64,000 bases of DNA from Alkalispirochaeta sp. (GTDB lineage: Bacteria; Spirochaetota; Spirochaetia; DSM-27196; Alkalispirochaetaceae), in NCBI GenBank assembly GCA_965242725.1, contig CBDESZ010000025.1, positions 320,001-384,000 of the forward strand, given 5' to 3'. A model generated the notes under the pieces. It saw only the letters and a list, made by a program, of their open reading frames with translations. It did no database searches and was not told the DNA's origin. Shown in pieces: positions 23,001 to 34,601 of the stretch; position 1 is the stretch's first letter; each line of letters starts with the position of its first letter. Position numbers and translations under genes: made by a program.

Positions 23001-23444
23001 ATGATTACTGGGCAGTATCGCAACGCACTTGACGACAAAGGACGCTTACTCGTTCCGAGCAAGCTCAGGTCGGAAGTGCCTGGAAACACCCTGGTAATCA
23101 CCTCCGGTATCGACCGCTGTCTCTGGCTGTTCCCGCCGGAGGAGTGGAAAGTACTGAGTGATCGGCTGATGGAAGCGGCGTCGCCTTTTTCACGACGCGC
23201 CCGGTTGCTCCAACGGCGTATCATCGCTCCCGCACAGGAGGTGGAACTGGACAAGACGGGAAGAATTCTTGTACCGCCCAGTCTGAAAGAGACGGCGGGA
23301 CTGAAAAAAGAGTGCATATTGCACGGGATCAAGAAATATATAGAGATCTGGGATGTCGATGAGTATCGAACATATCTTGACGAGAACGAGGATGAGTTTC
23401 AGGAGGCGGCCGAAGAACTGGGAGGGTCCGTCTCTTTCTTTTAG
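23001..23444 (+). CDS. mraZ: transcriptional regulator MraZ
   Basis: two DxKGR/DKTGR repeats, YIEIWD. Confidence 0.95.
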   Translation: MITGQYRNALDDKGRLLVPSKLRSEVPGNTLVITSGIDRCLWLFPPEEWKVLSDRLMEAASPFSRRARLLQRRIIAPAQEVELDKTGRILVPPSLKETAGLKKECILHGIKKYIEIWDVDEYRTYLDENEDEFQEAAEELGGSVSFF

Positions 23445-23446
23445 TC

Positions 23447-24370
23447 ATGGAAGTTGACCATCTGTCGGTGATGCCCCGTGAGGTAGAACGGTTTATGCAG
23501 CCGATGCCGGTGGGCGGTCGCATCTGTGACGCTACATTGGGAGGAGGCGGCCATACGGCTCGCCTCCTGGAGCTTTGTCCATCATGTTCTTTTGTTGGGA
23601 TTGACGCGGACGCGGCGATGATAGAACGGGCCCGTCGTCGTATCGGCCCGACCGACGCCCTGCAGATCATCCACGGGTGGTTTGACGAGGTGCTTGAGGT
23701 TGAGGGCGGATTCGATCGTATTGTGATGGATCTGGGAGTCTCCATGGTCCATCTCAAGGAGCGGGAGCGGGGATTTTCCTTTCGTGAAGATGGTCCCCTG
23801 GACATGCGCCTCAACCGGGAAGGGGATGTTCCCACCGCTGAAGAGATGCTTCAGTCGATTTCGGAGTTCGAACTGGGAGAAATCATTTTCCGCTACGGCG
23901 AAGAGCGATATTCCCGCCGGATCGCCCGGGCGATCTGCAGTGAACGACCGGCGTCGCTGAAGAGTACGAAAGCTCTCGCCGAGTGTGTTGCACGGGCTGT
24001 ACCTGCCCAGTATCGAAGGGGCCGGAATCACCCCGCCACACGTACCTTCCAGGCGATACGGATCGCCGTGAACGACGAGTTGGGACGGGTGGAACGGGCA
24101 ATTCCCCGCGCCGCGGCGGCACTCAACCCCGGAGGGAGGCTGATCATCATCAGTTTTCACTCCCTGGAGGACCGGATCGTGAAGCACACGTTCAGGACGC
24201 TTGCCAGGGCCTCTATAGAAGACGAAAAACGACCGATGGTTAAAGAAGAGGGTCACTACGCGGTGGTGACAAAAAAACCGGTGGTTCCCGGGGATGACGA
24301 AATCCTCAGGAATCCCGCCTCACGGAGCGCGAAATTGCGTGTTCTTGAAAAGGAAAGAAACGATGAGTAA
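23447..24370 (+). CDS. rsmH: 16S rRNA m4C1402 methyltransferase
   Basis: DATLGGGGH, DLGVS, PLDMR, ISFHSLEDRIVK, RSAKLR. Confidence 0.96.
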   Translation: MEVDHLSVMPREVERFMQPMPVGGRICDATLGGGGHTARLLELCPSCSFVGIDADAAMIERARRRIGPTDALQIIHGWFDEVLEVEGGFDRIVMDLGVSMVHLKERERGFSFREDGPLDMRLNREGDVPTAEEMLQSISEFELGEIIFRYGEERYSRRIARAICSERPASLKSTKALAECVARAVPAQYRRGRNHPATRTFQAIRIAVNDELGRVERAIPRAAAALNPGGRLIIISFHSLEDRIVKHTFRTLARASIEDEKRPMVKEEGHYAVVTKKPVVPGDDEILRNPASRSAKLRVLEKERNDE

Positions 24371-24662
24371 ACGGACGGGACAACTTATTTTACTTTCTCT
24401 TATCGTTCTTGCCCCGGCGCTGTTTGTCGGTAATGTATGGCAGGCCTATCGCTTCAGCCGCCTTGAAGGTCAGTTGGGTCGTATCGAGAGAGAACACATT
24501 CGCATACTTGAGGAAAACAAACGCCTCATTGTCGGTATCGCAGGGCTCCGGTCGCCTTCCAGGGTGCGGCAGCTTGCCGAAAAGGATCTCGGATTGATGC
24601 CGGTACCCGCCGACAGGGTTGAACGAATTCGATTTGAACGCGGGTGGTTTGTCGGTGAATAG
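24363..24662 (+). CDS. ftsL: cell division protein FtsL-like
   Basis: TM plus coiled coil, SPSRVRQLAEKDLGL; directly after rsmH. Confidence 0.75.
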   Translation: MSKRTGQLILLSLIVLAPALFVGNVWQAYRFSRLEGQLGRIEREHIRILEENKRLIVGIAGLRSPSRVRQLAEKDLGLMPVPADRVERIRFERGWFVGE

Positions 24663-26133
24663 TACGTCGACTACCGAAACGAAAGATCAGCCGACGCTCT
24701 TTCCCTCTATTTCCGATATCGCAGCCATCGTGAATGGTACTGCGCTGCATCCCGGCGGCGTACCGGATGAAAGCGGTGCTGTCAGGTCGGTGGCTATCGA
24801 TTCCCGCGCCTGCGGCGCCGGCGCGCTCTTCTTTGCGTTGCAGGGAGAGCACGCCGACGGAGAACGATACGTCGCCGATGCGGCCGCGGCCGGTGCCGTG
24901 TGCGCCGTCGTTCAGCACGAGCGTGATCCCGATGACGTGTCGTGGAGTCTCCCGGTGATCATCGTGAACGATTCACTTGCAGCTCTGCACAGGCTTGCCG
25001 CGTGGTATGTGGACACCTATCTGTCCGACACGGTCCGCATCGGAGTGACCGGAAGCAATGGAAAGACGACAACCAAGGAGTTTATCCTCGCCGCCTTCTC
25101 GGGAACTGACGGTATCTACGGCAGTCCGGGAAATTTCAACTCCGAAACGGGTGTACCCCTCGCCGTATTTTCTACTCCCCCGGGGGCGGCCATAGCCGTC
25201 TATGAAATGGCCATGAGCGCGGCGGGAGAGATGGAAGCCCTTGCGGATATCATTCGGCCGGAAATCGCGGTCATTACCAACATCGGTCACGCCCATATCG
25301 GACGTGTCGGAAGCCGGGACGGAATCGCCGCGGAAAAAAAGAAGATCACCCGGCGGTTTTCCGGGGCGGAAAAGTTGCTGCTTTTTGAGGGTGACGAATA
25401 TGCGGACTATCTGCGTGAGGGAGTCCCCGGTCAGGTGATGTACTTCGGGCCGGAGACACAACACGCGGTGATCGCAGCCGCCGGGGAGCGTTCCACCATT
25501 ACGTTCCAATCAGGGCTGACCGTCAATGTGCCCATCGGGGGGCGCCACAATTGCCTCAATGCCCTTGCGGCGCTGCGGGTGGCGGAAGTCATGAATGTGT
25601 CCCCCGACGCCGTAGACCTGGGGTCCCGGATGAAGGTCCTGCCCCAGGGACGGGCGCAGCGTTTTCACATGCCCGAAGGCGGCGTCGTCATACACGACGC
25701 GTACAACGCAAATACCGACTCAATGCACGCGGCCCTTGATATGATCGATGAACTCCGTCGGGACCATACTCCCGGGACACCTCTCATCCTCGTGCTCGGT
25801 GAGATGCGTGAGTTGGGGGATTTTACCGCCGCGGCTCACGGGGAGGTTCTTGAACACGCCCTTCGACTCCGGCCGTCGGCAATCTATCTTGTCGGCGGGG
25901 AGTTTATCTCCGCTGCATCACGGATCGTTCCGGAGGGAACGGCCGAGGGAGGGGTGCGCGCGTGGCGCCGGGATGAAACGTCCCTGTGGGGTGTGCCTCA
26001 GGTTGCCGACTTTGTTGATCTGATGTCCCGACAAATCAAAGGAGATGAGATCATCCTCTTGAAGGGGAGCCGGGCGATGGAGCTTGAAAAAATTCTGCCT
26101 TTCCTTACGGAGAAAGGAGGCGGCGGTGTTTAA
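24655..26133 (+). CDS. murF: UDP-MurNAc-tripeptide D-Ala-D-Ala ligase
   Basis: IDSR, GVTGSNGKTTTKE, DAYNAN, GEMRELG, LKGSRAM. Confidence 0.93.
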   Translation: MNSTSTTETKDQPTLFPSISDIAAIVNGTALHPGGVPDESGAVRSVAIDSRACGAGALFFALQGEHADGERYVADAAAAGAVCAVVQHERDPDDVSWSLPVIIVNDSLAALHRLAAWYVDTYLSDTVRIGVTGSNGKTTTKEFILAAFSGTDGIYGSPGNFNSETGVPLAVFSTPPGAAIAVYEMAMSAAGEMEALADIIRPEIAVITNIGHAHIGRVGSRDGIAAEKKKITRRFSGAEKLLLFEGDEYADYLREGVPGQVMYFGPETQHAVIAAAGERSTITFQSGLTVNVPIGGRHNCLNALAALRVAEVMNVSPDAVDLGSRMKVLPQGRAQRFHMPEGGVVIHDAYNANTDSMHAALDMIDELRRDHTPGTPLILVLGEMRELGDFTAAAHGEVLEHALRLRPSAIYLVGGEFISAASRIVPEGTAEGGVRAWRRDETSLWGVPQVADFVDLMSRQIKGDEIILLKGSRAMELEKILPFLTEKGGGGV

Positions 26134-27205
26134 GGAGTTTCTGTTTCCCCTGACAAACGTTTTTACTCCCTTCAACGTCTTTCAGTACATCACCTTTCGC
26201 GGTGCCTACGCGGCGATTACCTCCCTGATGATCGCTTTTCTTTTCGGACCGTGGACGATACGGAAGCTGCGTATTCTCCGTTTCGGAGAGGAGATTCGCC
26301 ACGATGGTCCGGAGTCCCACATTTCCAAATCAGGTACTCCGACGATGGGCGGAGTTCTGATCATCGTCTCTATTATCGTCTCGGCACTGCTGTGGCTTGA
26401 TATTTCCGTATCATATACGTGGATTGCCCTCGTCGCGGTCGTCGGGTTCGGTCTGATAGGGATGGTCGATGATCTGCGGAAAATCAGATTGAAAAACAAG
26501 GACGGGTTGCGCGGGTGGTACAAGATTATCGGGCAACTGGTCGTGTCTTTTATTGTCGGATTTCTGCTCTACCGATTCGGGAGCGAACACGCGACGAAGC
26601 TCTACGTCCCGTTCATTAAATCTCCCGTTTTTGATATGGGAATATGGTATATCCCATTTGCAATGGTGCTGCTCATCGGAACGTCCAACGCCGTAAACCT
26701 GACCGACGGGCTCGACGGCCTCGCAACGGGTCTTGTCCTCATGGTGGGGCTGACATTTGCGGTTCTTTCCTATGTGACGGGGCGCGTGGATTATGCGGAG
26801 TACCTCCAAATCCCCTATCTTCCCGGCGGCGGTGAGCTCGCTATTCTCAGCCTGGCCGTCGTCGGAGCGTGTGTCGGGTTTTTGTGGTTTAACGGGCATC
26901 CCGCGGAAATCATGATGGGCGATACGGGCAGTCTGTCTCTCGGCGGCGTTATCGGCGTACTCGCGCTCATGACCAAAAAAGAGATTCTGCTCATCATCAT
27001 AGGAGGTGTCTTCGTTCTCGAAGCGGTGTCGGTGATCATTCAGGTCCTGTCGTTCAAATTGACGGGCAAGCGCGTTTTTCGTATGGCGCCGATACATCAC
27101 CATTTTGAGTTGCTCGGCTGGCCGGAAAGTAAGGTTGTTCTCCGATTGTGGATCCTCGGAGGGCTTTTCGCCATTCTCAGTCTTTCCACATTGAAAATCC
27201 GGTGA
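26126..27205 (+). CDS. mraY: phospho-N-acetylmuramoyl-pentapeptide transferase
   Basis: GTPTMGG, NAVNLTDGLDGLA, MGDTGSL, MAPIHHHFEL. Confidence 0.97.
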   Translation: MFKEFLFPLTNVFTPFNVFQYITFRGAYAAITSLMIAFLFGPWTIRKLRILRFGEEIRHDGPESHISKSGTPTMGGVLIIVSIIVSALLWLDISVSYTWIALVAVVGFGLIGMVDDLRKIRLKNKDGLRGWYKIIGQLVVSFIVGFLLYRFGSEHATKLYVPFIKSPVFDMGIWYIPFAMVLLIGTSNAVNLTDGLDGLATGLVLMVGLTFAVLSYVTGRVDYAEYLQIPYLPGGGELAILSLAVVGACVGFLWFNGHPAEIMMGDTGSLSLGGVIGVLALMTKKEILLIIIGGVFVLEAVSVIIQVLSFKLTGKRVFRMAPIHHHFELLGWPESKVVLRLWILGGLFAILSLSTLKIR

Positions 27206-27209
27206 CGTG

Positions 27210-28400
27210 ATGCGACGCAGAGGATTTTTTGTCGAACCGATCGAAAAAAAGGTACCCCGATTTGACCCCGTCATGATCGGAATCATCTTTGTTCTCGTCC
27301 TTGTCGGTATTGGTGTCCTCTGGTCGGCCTCATGGTTCCGGGCGGAGCAGCTTTACGGCGATCCGACACGATTTGTCATGCGTCAGGGTATGTGGGCCCT
27401 TGTCGGAGTTGTCATGATGACAATTGCGATGATTTTCCCTCTGGACGTGATCAGGAAATCTCTTCCCTACCTCGTGCTGGGAACGACGGTTGTGGCGCTC
27501 CTGACATTTGTTCCCGGTGTGAGCGCCCGATACATGGGCGCACGCCGATGGATCATCATCTTCAACGTCTCCTTTCAGCCATCGGAGTTGATCAAGGTCA
27601 CCCTCGTTCTGTATCTCGCGCACATTCTTGCGCGGAGGGAAGGGGACTTTACCCGGCCCGTCCAGTCACTGCTTCCGCCCTCATTGATAGTCCTCTTTTT
27701 CGCGGGAATCGTTCTTCTGCAGAATGACTTTTCCACCGCCGTCTTTCTTGTGCTCGTCTCGTTGACGATGTTTTTCATGGCCGGAGTACCGGTCTCCTAT
27801 TTTCTGCGCATATTTGCCGTTATCGTGCCCATATCACTCATCATGGTTTTCAGTCGTGAACACCGTGTGCGTCGAATAATCGCATTTCTCAAACCCGCAC
27901 ATGATCCGTCGGGCGGCGGATTTCAGATTCTCGCCGCACGTCGTGCCCTGGAAAACGGCGGGTTCTGGGGCGTCGGCATCGGCCAAAGTACGAGGAAACT
28001 CGGCGGGCTGCCGGAAGCGCAATCTGATTTTCTCTTTGCCATTCTCGCCGAAGAGCTCGGACTCGTGGGTGTCTTCATTGTGACCGCTCTCTTTATCGCC
28101 TTCGCCGGAAGGGGACTCTATTTGGCGTCCAGGCAGGATGACTGGTTCCGGTCCCTTGTGGTGGCGGGTTTCGTGGGCAGTATCACCATACAGGCCCTTC
28201 TCAATATTGCGGTAGTCGTGGGCGCAGTACCCGCAACGGGTATTCCCCTTCCGTTCTTTTCTTCCGGTGGTTCCGCCCTGGTAGTTACCCTCACGATGTG
28301 CGGTCTGATGATCAACGCGTCGGGACCGACGGTGAAGCGACCGACGGCACGCACCTTTTCGACGGTCGGCAGATCGTCGTGGGAGGCGTTCCGTGTCTAA
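27210..28400 (+). CDS. ftsW: peptidoglycan glycosyltransferase FtsW
   Basis: GARRWI, FQPSELIK, LPEAQSDF, GIPLPFFSSGGS. Confidence 0.93.
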   Translation: MRRRGFFVEPIEKKVPRFDPVMIGIIFVLVLVGIGVLWSASWFRAEQLYGDPTRFVMRQGMWALVGVVMMTIAMIFPLDVIRKSLPYLVLGTTVVALLTFVPGVSARYMGARRWIIIFNVSFQPSELIKVTLVLYLAHILARREGDFTRPVQSLLPPSLIVLFFAGIVLLQNDFSTAVFLVLVSLTMFFMAGVPVSYFLRIFAVIVPISLIMVFSREHRVRRIIAFLKPAHDPSGGGFQILAARRALENGGFWGVGIGQSTRKLGGLPEAQSDFLFAILAEELGLVGVFIVTALFIAFAGRGLYLASRQDDWFRSLVVAGFVGSITIQALLNIAVVVGAVPATGIPLPFFSSGGSALVVTLTMCGLMINASGPTVKRPTARTFSTVGRSSWEAFRV

Positions 28401-29220
28401 CGCGATGGCATTCCAGAAACAGCGGCGCCGACGAAGAGGCGACGGCGCAGCGTTCCGTCGCATTCTCACCGTAGCTACGGCGGGACTCAGTTTCTTTGTG
28501 GTCCTTTATATCATCGCCGTAACCGTAGTGCTCCCCCGGTTGCGGATCACCCGTGTCGTCGTGCAGGCTGATTTTGAGATGGATCGGGATGCACTGCTTG
28601 AACTCGCCGGCCTGGATGACGGGGCGCATTATTTTGCCGTCAATGAGACCGAAATTGCCCGACGAATCGAGGGATACCCGTCGATCCGGTCTGTTGAGGT
28701 GACAAAAGGATTCCCCAATGTCGTCACGCTCCGCATGGATCGTCGTCGACCTCTCGTGGCGTCCTTCATAGAAGGCCGCCACGAGACGGGAATCGTCCTT
28801 ATCGATGAATCGGGTGCGATCTTCGCCGACGGCGCGGCCGGAGAGGGCTATGATGTCCCGGTGATCTCGGGAATAACCTTCCAGGGCCGCGTGGTGGGCA
28901 GTTCATTGCCGGAGTCGGTCCAGCCGGTCCTTGAAAGCCTGTACGGTTTGCGTCGTTCGTCGCCGCAACTCTATTCGCTCATCTCCGAGGTCCGTCTGGA
29001 ATCGCTGCGGGCTGGTGTGTTTGACGTCCTCCTCTATATGGGGAGCTATCGTGTGCCCGTCCGAATGAACGAATCATTTGACGGCAAGACGTGTACCTAT
29101 GCGCTGATGGTTCTCGACGTGCTTTCTCAGCAGGGTATCGCAGGGGATGTGCAGGAAATCGATTTTCGCTCGGGGGAGATAGTGTATCGCATGAAGGAGG
29201 GCCTCAATGCCGGCGAATGA
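28393..29220 (+). CDS. ftsQ: cell division protein FtsQ/DivIB
   Basis: TM plus POTRA domain (EVTKGFPNVV), IDFRS; between ftsW and ftsA. Confidence 0.85.
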   Translation: MSNAMAFQKQRRRRRGDGAAFRRILTVATAGLSFFVVLYIIAVTVVLPRLRITRVVVQADFEMDRDALLELAGLDDGAHYFAVNETEIARRIEGYPSIRSVEVTKGFPNVVTLRMDRRRPLVASFIEGRHETGIVLIDESGAIFADGAAGEGYDVPVISGITFQGRVVGSSLPESVQPVLESLYGLRRSSPQLYSLISEVRLESLRAGVFDVLLYMGSYRVPVRMNESFDGKTCTYALMVLDVLSQQGIAGDVQEIDFRSGEIVYRMKEGLNAGE

Positions 29221-30433
29221 CATGATCGTTGGTCTTGATATCGGGACCAGCAAAATCACCTGCGCCATCGCCGAGTACGATGACCGGGGTGAACTGGAGA
29301 TAATCGGAATCGGTACGGCCGCCTCATCGGGTCTCCGTCGGGGAGTGGTGATCAATATCGAAGCGACCCTTCGGAGTGTGGTGGATGCCATCGAGGGGGC
29401 GGAACAGATGGCTGGCCGCGAAGTGAAGCGGGTTGTCAGTGGTGTTGCGGGAAGTCATATCGAAGGTCTGAATTCCCGCGGTGTCGTCGCCGTAACCGGC
29501 CGGGGTCGTGAAATCACCGGAGACGACGTCGATCGGGTGATAGAGGCGGCCCGGGCAGTATCGATCCCGATGGACAGGGAAATTCTCCACGTTATTCCCC
29601 GTGGGTTTGTTATCGACGAGCAATCGGGCATCAAGAATCCCCTGGATATGATCGGCGTCCGTCTTGAAGTGGAGGTCCATATCATAACCGGCTCGGTGAC
29701 GGCGGCACAGAATCTGGTGAAGTGCGTCAACCGGGCGGGCTTTGAAATCCAGAACGTCGTCTTCAGTTCCATCGCCGCCGCCGAATCGGTTCTCTCCGAA
29801 GACGAAAAGGACCTCGGCGTCATCGTCATAGACATCGGCGGAGGGACGACAAACGTCCTTGTGTATCGTGACGGGGCGCCGTACCACAGCTTTGTCCTTC
29901 CCGTCGGCGGATCCCAGGTCACCGGTGACCTCTCGATCATGCTCAAGACTTCGACGGACTCGGCGGAGAAAATAAAGAAAGAAGCGGGGTGTGCATATAT
30001 GCCCCTTGTGGAAGAGGGGGAACCGGTCATTGTACCCGGGGTGGGCGGCAGACCACCGATACAGTGCACCCGTTCCCAGATTTGCGAAGTGATACAACCG
30101 CGAATGACCGAAATATTCAAAATGGTTCGGGATCGTCTTGACAGACAGCGTCTCCTTGACCGCATCGCCGGGGGCCTTGTCCTGACCGGGGGTGGTGCCA
30201 ACCTGCCCGGCGTCGTGGAACTCGGACAGGACATGTTCAACCTGGGCGCGCGGATCGGGCAACCGGGGCGACACGGCGGGCTTGTGGATGCGTATCAGCA
30301 TCCCGAATTTGCGACCGCCATCGGCCTCGTCCTGTACAACCATCGTTTGGGGCGTGCCGATGCGGGAGTATCCAAGGAACGGAAAAGCGGCTTTGTACAA
30401 GGATTACGACGCTGGATGAAACATTTTTTCTAG
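29207..30433 (+). CDS. ftsA: cell division protein FtsA
   Basis: [22 protein letters not shown], amphipathic C-terminus. Confidence 0.97.
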   Translation: MPANDMIVGLDIGTSKITCAIAEYDDRGELEIIGIGTAASSGLRRGVVINIEATLRSVVDAIEGAEQMAGREVKRVVSGVAGSHIEGLNSRGVVAVTGRGREITGDDVDRVIEAARAVSIPMDREILHVIPRGFVIDEQSGIKNPLDMIGVRLEVEVHIITGSVTAAQNLVKCVNRAGFEIQNVVFSSIAAAESVLSEDEKDLGVIVIDIGGGTTNVLVYRDGAPYHSFVLPVGGSQVTGDLSIMLKTSTDSAEKIKKEAGCAYMPLVEEGEPVIVPGVGGRPPIQCTRSQICEVIQPRMTEIFKMVRDRLDRQRLLDRIAGGLVLTGGGANLPGVVELGQDMFNLGARIGQPGRHGGLVDAYQHPEFATAIGLVLYNHRLGRADAGVSKERKSGFVQGLRRWMKHFF

Positions 30434-30473
30434 CGGTAGAGAAACGATACGATGCACAAGAGGAGGGGAGTGC

Positions 30474-31676
30474 ATGAATTTTCAAGTGTATGAAGATGAT
30501 CTTTCGATCGCGGCGTCAGGAACGAGCCCGACGGTCATTAAGGTCGTCGGAGTTGGCGGCGGCGGCAGTAACGCAGTCAACCGAATGATCCAGACGGGAT
30601 TGGCAAATGTTGAGTTCATAGCGGTGAATACCGATCTCCAGGCGCTTCAAAGTTCCCAGGCGGAACTGAGAATCCCCCTGGGGACCAAGATCACCGGAGG
30701 ACTTGGTGCCGGCGGCAAGCCCGAAATCGGGGAAAAATCCGCCCAGGAGGACAAGGAACAGATTCGTGCCATGCTGGAAGGGGCCGATATGGTCTTTGTC
30801 ACGGCAGGCATGGGCGGCGGTACCGGAACGGGTGCGGCGCCGGTGATCGCCGAGATCTCCCGGGGGCTGGGAATTCTGACGGTGGCGGTGGTGACGAAAC
30901 CCTTCGATTTCGAGGGGCGGAGGAAAGCGGCGCTCGCGCAGGAGGGAATCAGCAAACTACGCAGTGCGGTGGATACGCTGATCACCATTCCGAATCAGCA
31001 CCTCCTGAAAATCGTGGCGAAAAACACTCCCATAAGCGAAGCGTTTCTCGTTGCCGACGACGTGCTTCGTCAGGGGGTTCAGGGCATCAGCGATCTCATC
31101 ACGAAGGACGGCATGATCAATATCGATTTCGCCGACGTGCGTACGGTCATGTCGGGACAGGGCGACGCCCTGATGGGTATAGGCATCGGTGAAGGGGAAA
31201 ACCGGGCTGTTGATGCGGCGACGAACGCAATCAACAATCCGCTGCTGGAGGACGCCCATATCGAAGGCGCCGACAAAATCCTCGTAAACGTGACCGGTGG
31301 CGGCGATTTCACCCTCTCCGAGTACGAAGAGATCATGAAAATCATCACCGCCAACGCCGATGAAGATGTGCTTGTCATTGCGGGAACGGCGCTGGATCCC
31401 CGTCTGGAAGGTCAGGTGCGGGTCAGCGTCATTGCAACGGGATTTGCCGCCGATGAAGCGGTCTCCCGCACCGAAGACGATCGGACGACGGAACCGACCA
31501 GGGAAGATCCGAAGAAAGACGCTTCGGAGTTTATCAATCTGGAAACGTGGAACAATCTGACCCGTACGGCGCCGCAGGAAGATCTCTTCGGTGATTCCGA
31601 AATGAGGGACGAGGATGATCAGCTTGGGGTTCCCGCCATCATCCGTCACCGTCGCGCCCGTCGCAGCGGGTTTTGA
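30474..31676 (+). CDS. ftsZ: cell division protein FtsZ
   Basis: [24 protein letters not shown]. Confidence 0.98.
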   Translation: MNFQVYEDDLSIAASGTSPTVIKVVGVGGGGSNAVNRMIQTGLANVEFIAVNTDLQALQSSQAELRIPLGTKITGGLGAGGKPEIGEKSAQEDKEQIRAMLEGADMVFVTAGMGGGTGTGAAPVIAEISRGLGILTVAVVTKPFDFEGRRKAALAQEGISKLRSAVDTLITIPNQHLLKIVAKNTPISEAFLVADDVLRQGVQGISDLITKDGMINIDFADVRTVMSGQGDALMGIGIGEGENRAVDAATNAINNPLLEDAHIEGADKILVNVTGGGDFTLSEYEEIMKIITANADEDVLVIAGTALDPRLEGQVRVSVIATGFAADEAVSRTEDDRTTEPTREDPKKDASEFINLETWNNLTRTAPQEDLFGDSEMRDEDDQLGVPAIIRHRRARRSGF

Positions 31677-31682
31677 GGGTAG

Positions 31683-32579
31683 ATGATGTCGGCAACGGCC
31701 ACGATAATCGAGCGGTACACCGACTTTCTCCAGGTGGAGCTGCGGCTTTCCCGTCAGACCGTAGAGACCTACGCCCGGGAATGCAGCGCCGCTGCAGCCA
31801 TGGTGGCCCGGGACGGCGGGTCGCTCCCTGATCTGACCACCGCGGAAGTAATAAATTACCTCCTGAAGCGGCAGGCCGACGGAGAGCCTCTCGATCAGCG
31901 AACGGTGGCGAAAAATCTGTCCGCTCTGCGTTCGTTCTATCAGTTCTGCATTCTCGAGGGAATTCGCGAAGACAATCCGGCGCTGAAAGTGACAAGTCCC
32001 CGGAGTGAGCACAGACTGCCCGGTGTCCTCTCCGTGGAGCAGGTGGAGCAGCTGCTCGCGGCGATAGATATCGGAAGCGCCGGGGGGCTGCGTGACCGGG
32101 CGTTGTTTGAGCTCATCTATTCCGCAGGGCTGCGAATTTCCGAGGCGGTTGCCCTGGACGTCGGCAATCTGTATGTCCGGGAAGGACTGGTCCTCGTCAA
32201 GGGAAAGGGCGACAAGGAGCGCCTCGTTCCGCTCGGTGAAGAGGCTATTACGTGGCTGAATCGATACCTCTCCGAGGGCCGGTCGCAGCTTATGAAAAAC
32301 CAGACCGAGCGGGCGGTCTTCCTGAACAGGCGGGGTACGAGGCTCTCCCGCAAGGGTATGTGGAAACGGTTCCACGAGCTGACCCAGGCAGTGGGAATTT
32401 CGGCAAAAGTACACACCCTCCGACACAGCTTTGCCACCCACCTCCTGGAAGGGGGAGCCGATCTTCGTGCCGTTCAGGAACTCCTCGGTCACGCCGACAT
32501 CGGAACGACTCAGATCTATACCCATATCGATACGGAAGATCTACGGGAATACCACAATCGATACCATCCTCGTGGATAG
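31683..32579 (+). CDS. xerD: tyrosine recombinase XerD-like
   Basis: [48 protein letters not shown]. Confidence 0.85.
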   Translation: MMSATATIIERYTDFLQVELRLSRQTVETYARECSAAAAMVARDGGSLPDLTTAEVINYLLKRQADGEPLDQRTVAKNLSALRSFYQFCILEGIREDNPALKVTSPRSEHRLPGVLSVEQVEQLLAAIDIGSAGGLRDRALFELIYSAGLRISEAVALDVGNLYVREGLVLVKGKGDKERLVPLGEEAITWLNRYLSEGRSQLMKNQTERAVFLNRRGTRLSRKGMWKRFHELTQAVGISAKVHTLRHSFATHLLEGGADLRAVQELLGHADIGTTQIYTHIDTEDLREYHNRYHPRG

Positions 32580-32721
32580 GAGGCGAGGGGATACTTGATG
32601 ACCGATGGGAAGATACGACGGGAGACAGACACTTGGAAACTCGGAATGAAACGCTGTCGCCGCGTATTGGTGAAGCAAAAGCGTTCTTTGAACGGTCGGC
32701 AATTGAACAAGGAAGCTCTTC

Positions 32722-33459
32722 ATGAGACTTGAAGCTCCTGAAAAAACGGGAAAACTCGTCGCCGTCATCACCGTGATTAGTCTCTTCCTTTTCATCGGCT
32801 GTTCCCAGCGGGACGACCGGCGTCTCCAGTTTCTCGCCGAAACGGAGCCGACCGGGTACGACGAGGTCGGGGTCTCTTCGCAGCGCATGGATGAATTGCG
32901 TGAAGACATTCGGCGTGCGGAAGGGGAGATAGAAGAGGCGGTACAAGCGTACGCCCGTTCGGCGAGTTTCCACAAGCTTCTCGCCTATGAATTGATACAG
33001 GCTGAGATGTACGGACCGGCACTTGAAGCATTGCGGCGGGCAATGGAACTTCAGCCCGCCAATGCGGTGGTCTACTACTATGTCGGTATTGCCTCCGCAC
33101 GGACTGCGCGAGCCCATATGCTTGACGGAGAAGAATCATCGTATCTTGCCGATGCAGAACGCCATTTCAGGGAGGCAATTCGCCTGCGTCCCGACTATAA
33201 GGACGCCTTGTTTGCCCTTGCCGTACTGCTTGCCTACGATCTCTCCCGTCCGGAGGATGCCCTCACCTATTCGCGTCGCTTGTCACAGATCGAGACGGGA
33301 GATCCTGCGGTGCGGTTTCTTCACGCCAACATTCTCGTTCGCAACGGGCAAATCGAAGAGGCGATCGACATATACGACTATCTTGCACAAAACGCACCTT
33401 CTCAGGAACAGCGCGCCCAGGCGCGGGACAACCGGAACGTATTGGAGGGGGGACGATGA
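32722..33459 (+). CDS. TPR-repeat lipoprotein
   Basis: lipobox LFIGC; several TPR helices. Confidence 0.75.
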   Translation: MRLEAPEKTGKLVAVITVISLFLFIGCSQRDDRRLQFLAETEPTGYDEVGVSSQRMDELREDIRRAEGEIEEAVQAYARSASFHKLLAYELIQAEMYGPALEALRRAMELQPANAVVYYYVGIASARTARAHMLDGEESSYLADAERHFREAIRLRPDYKDALFALAVLLAYDLSRPEDALTYSRRLSQIETGDPAVRFLHANILVRNGQIEEAIDIYDYLAQNAPSQEQRAQARDNRNVLEGGR

Positions 33460-34601
33460 AGGATGAAGCGGTGACAGGGAATCCTTCAAGACCTCCCGAT
33501 CGTGATTCTCTCATCGATGCGGTGTGTGCACCTCAGCCACACGGGAACCGTCCCGACGACCTCGCGCTTCTGCTCGTCGGCAGGTGTTCCCGGCTCCGTG
33601 CGCTTGAGCGTACCCTCCTGCTCCATCGATATCCCACGGTCGATGAACTGCGCCGTTGCAGCCATTTCGATATCGAGACCGCCATAGGACGGACTTTGGG
33701 CAGGGGGCTGGACTTTGACGCGCTGCTGCCTGACGTGGAAAGGGACCTCCGATGGCTGAGAAAGGGCGCCGACCGTTTTCTCCGGTGGATCGGAGAGCGA
33801 AGATATCCGGACGGGTTGCGGCGGCTCTACGATCCTCCGGCCATTCTCTACGGATGGGGAGACCCGGCGACACTTGACCTTCCGACCGTTTCCGATCGCC
33901 GAATAGCCGTCGTAGGAACTCGCCAACCCGACGCGACCGGTCTTAAAGCCGCTTTTAACCTCGGCCGGGAGGCGGCGCGATGGGACATTCCCGTGGTCAG
34001 TGGATTGGCCCGCGGCATAGACGGGGCGGCCCACCGGGGCGTCGTCTCGCAACGGGGAAGGGCCGTCGTGGTCTTCGGATCGGGAATAGATACCGTCTAT
34101 CCCCGGGAACACCGCCCGCTGGCTGCGGACATTCTGAGAAACGGCGGCGTGTTGTTGAGTGAATATCCACCGGGAATGCCGCCCGCCAAATTCCGCTTTC
34201 CCGGACGGAACAGGATCATCGTGGGTTTGAGCGACGCCACCGTCGTCGTGCAGGCGCCGGAAGGATCGGGAGCGCTCATATCCGCCGATTTTGCCGCGGA
34301 TATTGGAGAAGAGGTGTGCGTCCACACCGCAGGAAGGGATTGGCGGGGTACCGCCGGTCTCATGGAAGGCGGCGCTCGAACGGTTGGATCCATCGCCGAG
34401 GTGTTGAGCCTTATCGGTGCTGAGTCTGAATACGAAGGAGGCGCCCGCGACAGGGTGGAGACCTCACGGTCGGACGCGGAATTTGACCATCCTGCCCTCG
34501 GTGCCTTTGGCTCGCCCTGCGGCGTGGAAGGACGGGACGACGGAAGGAGCGCGTTTCGGCGCATCTTTCATGAAGGGGGAGTTGTACATCAATGCAGGTA
34601 A
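33456..34601 (+). CDS. dprA: DNA processing protein DprA/Smf
   Basis: IAVVGTR, VVSGLARGIDGAAH, FPGRNRII, SGALISA. Confidence 0.92.
   Translation: MKDEAVTGNPSRPPDRDSLIDAVCAPQPHGNRPDDLALLLVGRCSRLRALERTLLLHRYPTVDELRRCSHFDIETAIGRTLGRGLDFDALLPDVERDLRWLRKGADRFLRWIGERRYPDGLRRLYDPPAILYGWGDPATLDLPTVSDRRIAVVGTRQPDATGLKAAFNLGREAARWDIPVVSGLARGIDGAAHRGVVSQRGRAVVVFGSGIDTVYPREHRPLAADILRNGGVLLSEYPPGMPPAKFRFPGRNRIIVGLSDATVVVQAPEGSGALISADFAADIGEEVCVHTAGRDWRGTAGLMEGGARTVGSIAEVLSLIGAESEYEGGARDRVETSRSDAEFDHPALGAFGSPCGVEGRDDGRSAFRRIFHEGGVVHQCR

Noticed and set aside
29324..32525. Long antisense ORFs (358 aa and 522 aa; similar ones at 41147-42355, 56468-57658, 62984-63937)
   Set aside because: Shadow ORFs caused by GC-rich codon bias opposite well-supported genes
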